Assembly (NCBI GenBank): GCA_964016885.1
Contig: OZ024740.1
Span: 272,552,001 to 272,616,000, forward strand
Reading direction: 5' to 3'
From: Eledone cirrhosa
Taxonomy: Eukaryota
DNA length: 64,000 bases
Within the stretch, counting starts at the first letter, position 1; the number at the start of each line of letters is the position of its first letter. A model generated the notes under the pieces. It searched no databases. It was not told the DNA's origin and saw nothing but the letters and a program-made list of their open reading frames with translations. This document shows, piece after piece, positions 57,982 to 64,000 of this stretch. The translations under genes were made by a program, and so were the position numbers.

Positions 57982-58148
57982 CACACACACACGTATATAT
58001 ATATATATTCTCTGTGTATGTACAGTTTCACGTATGCTCACACAATACAAATGCTATATATCGTTACTGACTCTGTACAGTGTACATGCAAGGACTTATA
58101 TATAATTCCATATTGTATTTCGGTCTCCCTATTTATCCATACATCCAA

Positions 58149-58208
<60 letters not shown>

Positions 58209-58215
58209 ATATCTA

Positions 58216-58395
58216 AAGGTTGCGCATTTTTTCCGGGGTATGTATTACCCATATGAAATGTCTCCCCCTATTGGGGAAAATCGATTAATTAAAAAACTTT
58301 TTTTGTGCTAGTATTTTACACGTTTTTATTGTATGTAAACTTCCCACTTTGTATTTGTCCCTTTCTTTTGTGCCCCTGTGGCTAATAAAGAAACA
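58216..58395 (+). mobile_element. 3' UTR fragment of the Tx1-type LINE, embedded in (TATC)n
   Basis: AGGTTGC.CATTTTT..CCCTATTG..TTTGTATTTGTCCC..AATAAAGAAAC matches 63661-63830. Confidence 0.8.
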
Positions 58396-58629
58396 TATCT
58401 ATCTATCTGTCTATCTATCTATCTTAGTGATTGTTAGACGTGTATTATACTTCGCTCCGGATTTTTTTACAGATTATTGTACAAAAAACTGTGAGTTTAT
58501 TGTTGAATTTATTATTATTGTTTAGTTTAACCCCTCGTCTGCGCCTTCACACGTTGGGTTAACCAATTTTCGCCCCTTTTTGGTGCGAAAATTTTATCGG
58601 AAAAATTTGTGTAGATTTGTTATTTAGTA

Positions 58630-59714
58630 ATGGTTGCCATTTCAACCTCTCACACTGTAGTGAGTGCCACGCCCACTAAGAAAAGTGATGGAGGGAAGGT
58701 AGGAGTACAAAGCTTGCAGCCTTCCCCCCTCGCCTTATCGAAAAACGTTGTAAATATTGCAACTAAGGAACCAAACCCGGTAAATAATACCAGCACCAAC
58801 AAGAACAATGACAATAACACCACAACCAACAACTGCAACTATAATAACACCAACACCAAGGAAAATATGAACAACATCAACAACAGTGACAACAACAACA
58901 GCAACAAAAAAGACAACAACACCAAAACGTCGTTCGCACAAACTGTAAAAAAACAGAACTATACATTCCAATTGACATCACTAACCTAAAACAGCTACTC
59001 CAAGATGCAAAACAATATGTAACTTTTGGACAAAACGATGCTTTTAGCATCAATTCTCCCCAACTATTACGTAGAGAGACTGTCCTGAAAACTGTGATTT
59101 TCAGGGCAATATCAAACGCAACTGGAAAACCAGCCCAATTATCACAAAATGAAATTGAGCTGGTTCTAAAAGATGCAATAAAGGACATAACCTTCATCCA
59201 AAGAGGAAAACTGTTTGGTAGCATTTCGGTGCTAATGAATGACCAACCAATGACACAAAAATACGCTATATCACCCATTGTGTCGCCCCTTTTCACATTT
59301 TTCCCCACATACACGGGAAAAAGGACACAAAAAATAAAAATTATGAGTATCACACCAAATGTAAATATTTGGTGGACATTATGTGGATTCATTGATTTTG
59401 ATGAATACATAATAATCTCAGTAGGAAAGTCCTCCAGAGGTGTATTTAGTGGGCCTAGCGTAGAAGTTCTGGTTCAAATGAGCCCAGAACGAATAGCTAA
59501 AATCCCACAACGCGTGCCTCTGGACGGTCTAACCTATATAAACATTTCAGTTGAGGGTAGGCGGCCGTCATGTTACCACTGCTTAAGTAGGGGTCACCTG
59601 AGGGCTGCCTGTCCTCAATTAACGAGTCAAAAAAGTCTCTTCTGCCAACCCCGAACACAACAACACAACCACCACCACCACCACCACAACAACAACAACA
59701 ACACGCAAAAATAA
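58630..59714 (+). pseudogene. LINE ORF1 (gag-like, CCHC zinc knuckle), frameshifted
   Basis: TSFAQTVKK motif, and ISVEGRRPSCYHCLSRGHLRAACP (CX2CX4HX4C). Confidence 0.8.
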
Positions 59715-60399
59715 CAACACCAAACACAGTCCCACCCAACCCCTCCCCACACAAAACAACTCCAAAAACACCCACACGCATAAGAGCTCCCCAAAATGTA
59801 CCCCTCCCCAATCACACAGACGCCAGAACGAACGAGACCCTCTCATCATCACCCGGTGATGATGAGGGAGAACCCCTCCGCGCAAAAAGAAAAAAAAAGA
59901 GACATAACACGAACAAAAAGTCAACAAACACACAACCACCAACACAAACAACACAAACATTACAACCCCCCCTCCTGAAAACACAACACCCACAACAAAG
60001 AGCAAACACACAAGAACAAGAAACAAAAACTAACACTACACAACAAAAACAGTACATATATATATATAAACACAGACAATAAAACTTTAATGCAGGTTAT
60101 AACCAAAGGGAAAACTTTTACCTACTCGTGGGAAGAACCTAATCTTAAGATGATTAGGATCCCGATAGACATATATAAACATTTAAAAGAAAACTTTCCA
60201 AACGACGTAGGCAACCCCTGCGTCAAACCTTACAACTGAGTCCTGTTAAAATGTCCCCCCCCCCACCATACATCCCTCCCCACCAAACATCTTCGTCCCC
60301 ACCCCGCCAGAAGCCACCACCCCACCAAACAACCCCTCCAACACCCCCATGGAAATTGTGCAGCCTGGTCCCCAGGAGACGAAGAGGTAAGTGATCTCT

Positions 60400-63300
60400 T
60401 TTCCTCTTCTTTTATCTTTTCAGCACCAACATGGCCCTGGAAACAGGGCAAACTCTTAAACGACCTCAGGTCGTACAGTATGGATGGAGTAGCCATTTGC
60501 GAGTCCAGGATCCACAGCAAGCGGCAACTGACCCCCATCTTCGATGACTTTGAGATCTACGCATCTCTCTGTCAGCCAGGAGATGGGGGCGGGGTTGCCG
60601 TTTTGTTGCAGAAACACCTGGACCTCGTAACACAGATGGTACATCTGGACCCGGAGGGTCGATTGGTGGTCCTATACGTCGACAGCAGTGAAGGTGGAGC
60701 CTTCAGACTGGTGGCCGTATATGCCCCTTCCGGGACATCGCGGCCAGACTTCTTCAAACGTCTGGAGGATTTTCTGGGAACGTCCCGCTCCTTGCTTTTA
60801 GTGGAGGACTAGAATGGAATCCTGGATGCACGTTGGGACTATGTAGGGGCATGTCCCGATAGAGGGTGGGGGGTGGGGGTGTAACAGCCTCAAACAGTTA
60901 ATCGGCCGATTTGAACTGGCCGACAGATACCGACTAGATTTTCCGACTGTGCCACTGTGGGCGTGGACCAACCGCAGTGGAACATCTAGATCGTACCTAG
61001 ATAGTAAGGATAGGGACATGTTAAGCTGTCCACAAATGTTCATGGTTGACTATTCAGATCACAAATTAGTGACCGGCTTAATCAACCTTGATAGAACCCA
61101 TAGACAGGGACTCGGCTACTGGAAGCTGAACTTGTCATTACCAACAAGCAAAGCGTACAGTAGTCGAATTAGCACATTAGTTAAGCAACAGTTGACGGGG
61201 GAAATAATCAACAACAGGTGGTGGGGCTATCTCAAGAGAGCAATTAGATTAGAATCAATAGGATTTAGCAAGGAACTAGCGCTAGATAGAGTTAAAACGG
61301 AAAAAGAACTAGTAGATAGAGTAGAAGAGGCGCTTAGGAGTGGAAACGTTGCCAGCGTGCTGGCGTCAAGAACGATCTTAGACCAGTTCTTTAACGCGAA
61401 GCACGAGGGCTGCGTTGTCAGGAGTAAAACACGTGCTCTAGTAAACGAGGGAGCCAAAACTGTTAGCTGAGCCCGAGTGACAGAGGCAAAAAGTGGAAAC
61501 AAGTCCACGATTCGGTCTTTCAATGACCAGGATGGACGTGTGATCCTTGAACCGGAGCGGATGTGCGCGGCCTTTCAGCGGCACTTTGCACGACTGTCCG
61601 GGAGGTGCGGCGTGCCGGGAGAGACTATGAATTTCGGACGGGGAGGCGAAGTCCTGGGAAGGGCCGATTTCAGCCGCTGAAATAGGGGAAGCGCTGAGCT
61701 AATGCGGCAAACGCAAATCTCCGGGTCTTGATGGTCTACCATACGAACTTTACGTAGCTATGCCGGACTTGTTCTCCGATCTTCTCGAGGCCGTCTACTG
61801 CAACTGAACGGGAGAATTCCCAGTTCTGTGACCAAGGGCGTAGTCACGCTAGTGAGGAAGGACGAAAACAAGGGGGACGACATAGGTAACTTCAGGCCCA
61901 AGAGGTTGGCGCTTGTCGGGAATCTGGTGGGAGAAGCGCAGACATGCGCAATCCTGTCCAGGTCCATACACGACAACCTCCACCTCATGCGATACATCGT
62001 AGAGAGGGTAGGGAGTGAACCCAGCTTCGGTGGGGCCCTGATCAACTTGGATCAATGTAAGACGTTTGATAGGGTCGACCATCGTTGCCTGGATGCGGTG
62101 CTCGCAGCAGCAGGCTTCAGACCCGTTTTCAGGGGCTGGATTGCTGCTAAGCACAACAGCAACATCTGCTGAAGGGTCAAGGTGAAGGGCTACCTCTCGG
62201 AGCCTTTACAAATCACGCGATCCATCCGACAGGGATTCCCTCTCTCCTCCCTTCTGTATGTACTGGCTCTCGAGTCACTACTGCGGAAGTTGAAATTGTT
62301 GCAGGGCATCCCTTTGGAACTGGGATTGCGGAAAGCGGTGTCGGCCTACGCCGATGACGTGACAGTAATGGTTTCGAGCGCCTCGCAAGTCGGGGAGAAC
62401 GGCACCTTACTGGAGGAATACGAAAGGTTTACAGGAGCCAAGCTAACCCAGGACAAGTCGGTCGGTTTGTAACTCGGAACGTGGAGAGGCAAACCTATGG
62501 CCTCCGATGGCGTCCTCGGACACTGGACGGAGGGACCGGTGAAGCTGCTCGGAGTCTGGTTCGGACCAGACCTGCAGGTGGAGAAAGACTGGAACGAGGT
62601 AACGGCCAAGGTGTTGACTCGCTCAGAAGTGGGCCGAGTGCAAACTGTCCTTGAAAGGTCGAGCGGAGGTGGCGAACGCTATATGGCGTCTGTCATCTAC
62701 TCCGCTTGACCATCGTGTCTTGTCCAGCGAAAACGCTCACCAAAATGGAGCGCGTGCTCTTCCAATTCCTCCGGATGAAGCGGGCCCCTTTGGTGAGCAG
62801 ATCCATCTGCTGTCAACACCCTTCTAACGGAGGGCTGCGGATGTAGTGGCTGACGATGCGTAAACACGCACTAAGGTTACGGCACCTCCAGGTATACCTC
62901 ACCGGTCAACCAGTGGGGGCCCGTTTGTGAGGCGAGCCTTTCCACGACTCGTCTCGCTCACCGAGCTGCAATCCTGGGTCAAGCAAAGACCGATAAAAGT
63001 GGGTGCCTGGCACATCGGATGTGCCCAGGCGCTAACGGCCCTCTGGCAAGCAGGCCCGGCAATCAGTGGAGACTCCACCTCGACATTCTATAGAGGGTTG
63101 GTTCGAGGCAAGTGCGACGACGCTCTCGGAGAAACTCTGGGCATGGAGGAGGACGAACTAGCCAGTCTGTTCGGTAGGCCCGGGACCGATGGACAACTTC
63201 CAAAGTCCCTGGCTTGGCAGTTCTACCGAGGAGCTCTACCCGTTCGGGACAAGCTCTACATACATGGGCGCGCGGGCAGGGTCCCTTCGAAAAAGATCTG

Positions 63301-63598
63301 TCCGAGATGCGTGGGCGACGAGGAAACCGTCGCGCACGCATTCGTACACTGCCCGGGCGTTACCGACCTGTGGGGCTATGTAGAACGACTATTGTCACGG
63401 GTGGGACCAATTCGGTTGTCCATTGTCACGATCAAACCGCCACCCCGCTTCAAAAACGAAGGAGAGGCGGTCTTCCTCTGTGTTATGGCTATGGCCCCCT
63501 GTGTTATGGTGCTTCACCCCAGCAAATTATATGAAAGGTGGGTGAAAGTGGCGAGAATGGCCCGAGTGAATGGGCCTTCTCTCTATATAAGCCTGTAG
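60400..63598 (+). pseudogene. LINE ORF2 (APE endonuclease, reverse transcriptase, zinc finger), multiple stops and frameshifts
   Basis: AICESR, GVAVLL, DPEGRLV, VAVYAP, SDH..V, YWKLN, SPGLDGLPYE, NFRP, LDQCKTFDRVDH, IRQGFPLSSLLY, AYADDVTV, CPRC...ETVAHAFVHC. Confidence 0.92.
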
Positions 63599-64000
63599 GT
63601 TGAGGAAGAGGAGAAAGAAGATAGGAAGGGAGCACTCGCTCTTCGTGTTCTTGAAGAGAAAGGTTGCACATTTTTTCGTGCTTGTGTGTAACACCTGTTA
63701 ACTCCCTATTGAGGATATCGATTGTTTGTATTTAATTGTTATTACCTGTTTACTCGATGTTTTATATATGTAAACTCCCGCCTTTGTATTTGTCCCCATC
63801 TTTTGCACTCTCGTAGCGAATAAAGAAACCTATCTATCTATCTATCTATCTATCCCCCGCCGTCGCGTCTTGTAATGTCCCATTTGTGTACGCCCCTGTG
63901 GCAAATAAAGAAAGATATCTATCTATCTGTCTATCTGCCTGTCTGTCTATCCATCTATCTATCTACCTATCTATCTATCTGTCTGTCTGAATAATATAGG

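Larger units (their letters stand above)
58424..63830 (+). mobile_element. Near full-length, degraded L1/Tx1-type LINE
   Basis: 5' UTR, ORF1, APE-RT-Zn finger ORF2 remnants and a 3' UTR ending AATAAAGAAAC; (TATC)n on both sides. Confidence 0.92.

Overview
AT-rich animal (eukaryotic) genomic DNA, saturated with (TA)n, (CA)n, (GA)n and (GATA)n microsatellites. The SINE types and repeat landscape look octopus/cephalopod-like (inference). I find no credible host protein-coding gene; most ORF-track entries are microsatellite read-through. The window is a graveyard of mobile elements. It holds several Penelope-like elements (PLEs, with RT and GIY-YIG remnants), a near full-length but degraded L1/Tx1-type LINE plus four fragments, RTE and CRE/RLE-type LINE 3' ends, many tRNA-derived SINEs (including a 6x190-bp tandem array), a non-autonomous Helitron, DNA-transposon remnants and two minisatellites. 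Two signals stand out. (1) About 15 type I hammerhead ribozyme (HHR) motifs, from many unrelated sequence families, sit at the ends of PLEs and of small non-coding inverted or tandem-repeat elements embedded in (TA)n tracts. (2) Every end of the Tx1-like LINE family abuts (TATC)n, suggesting microsatellite target specificity. All structures were read by eye, and element boundaries are approximate.
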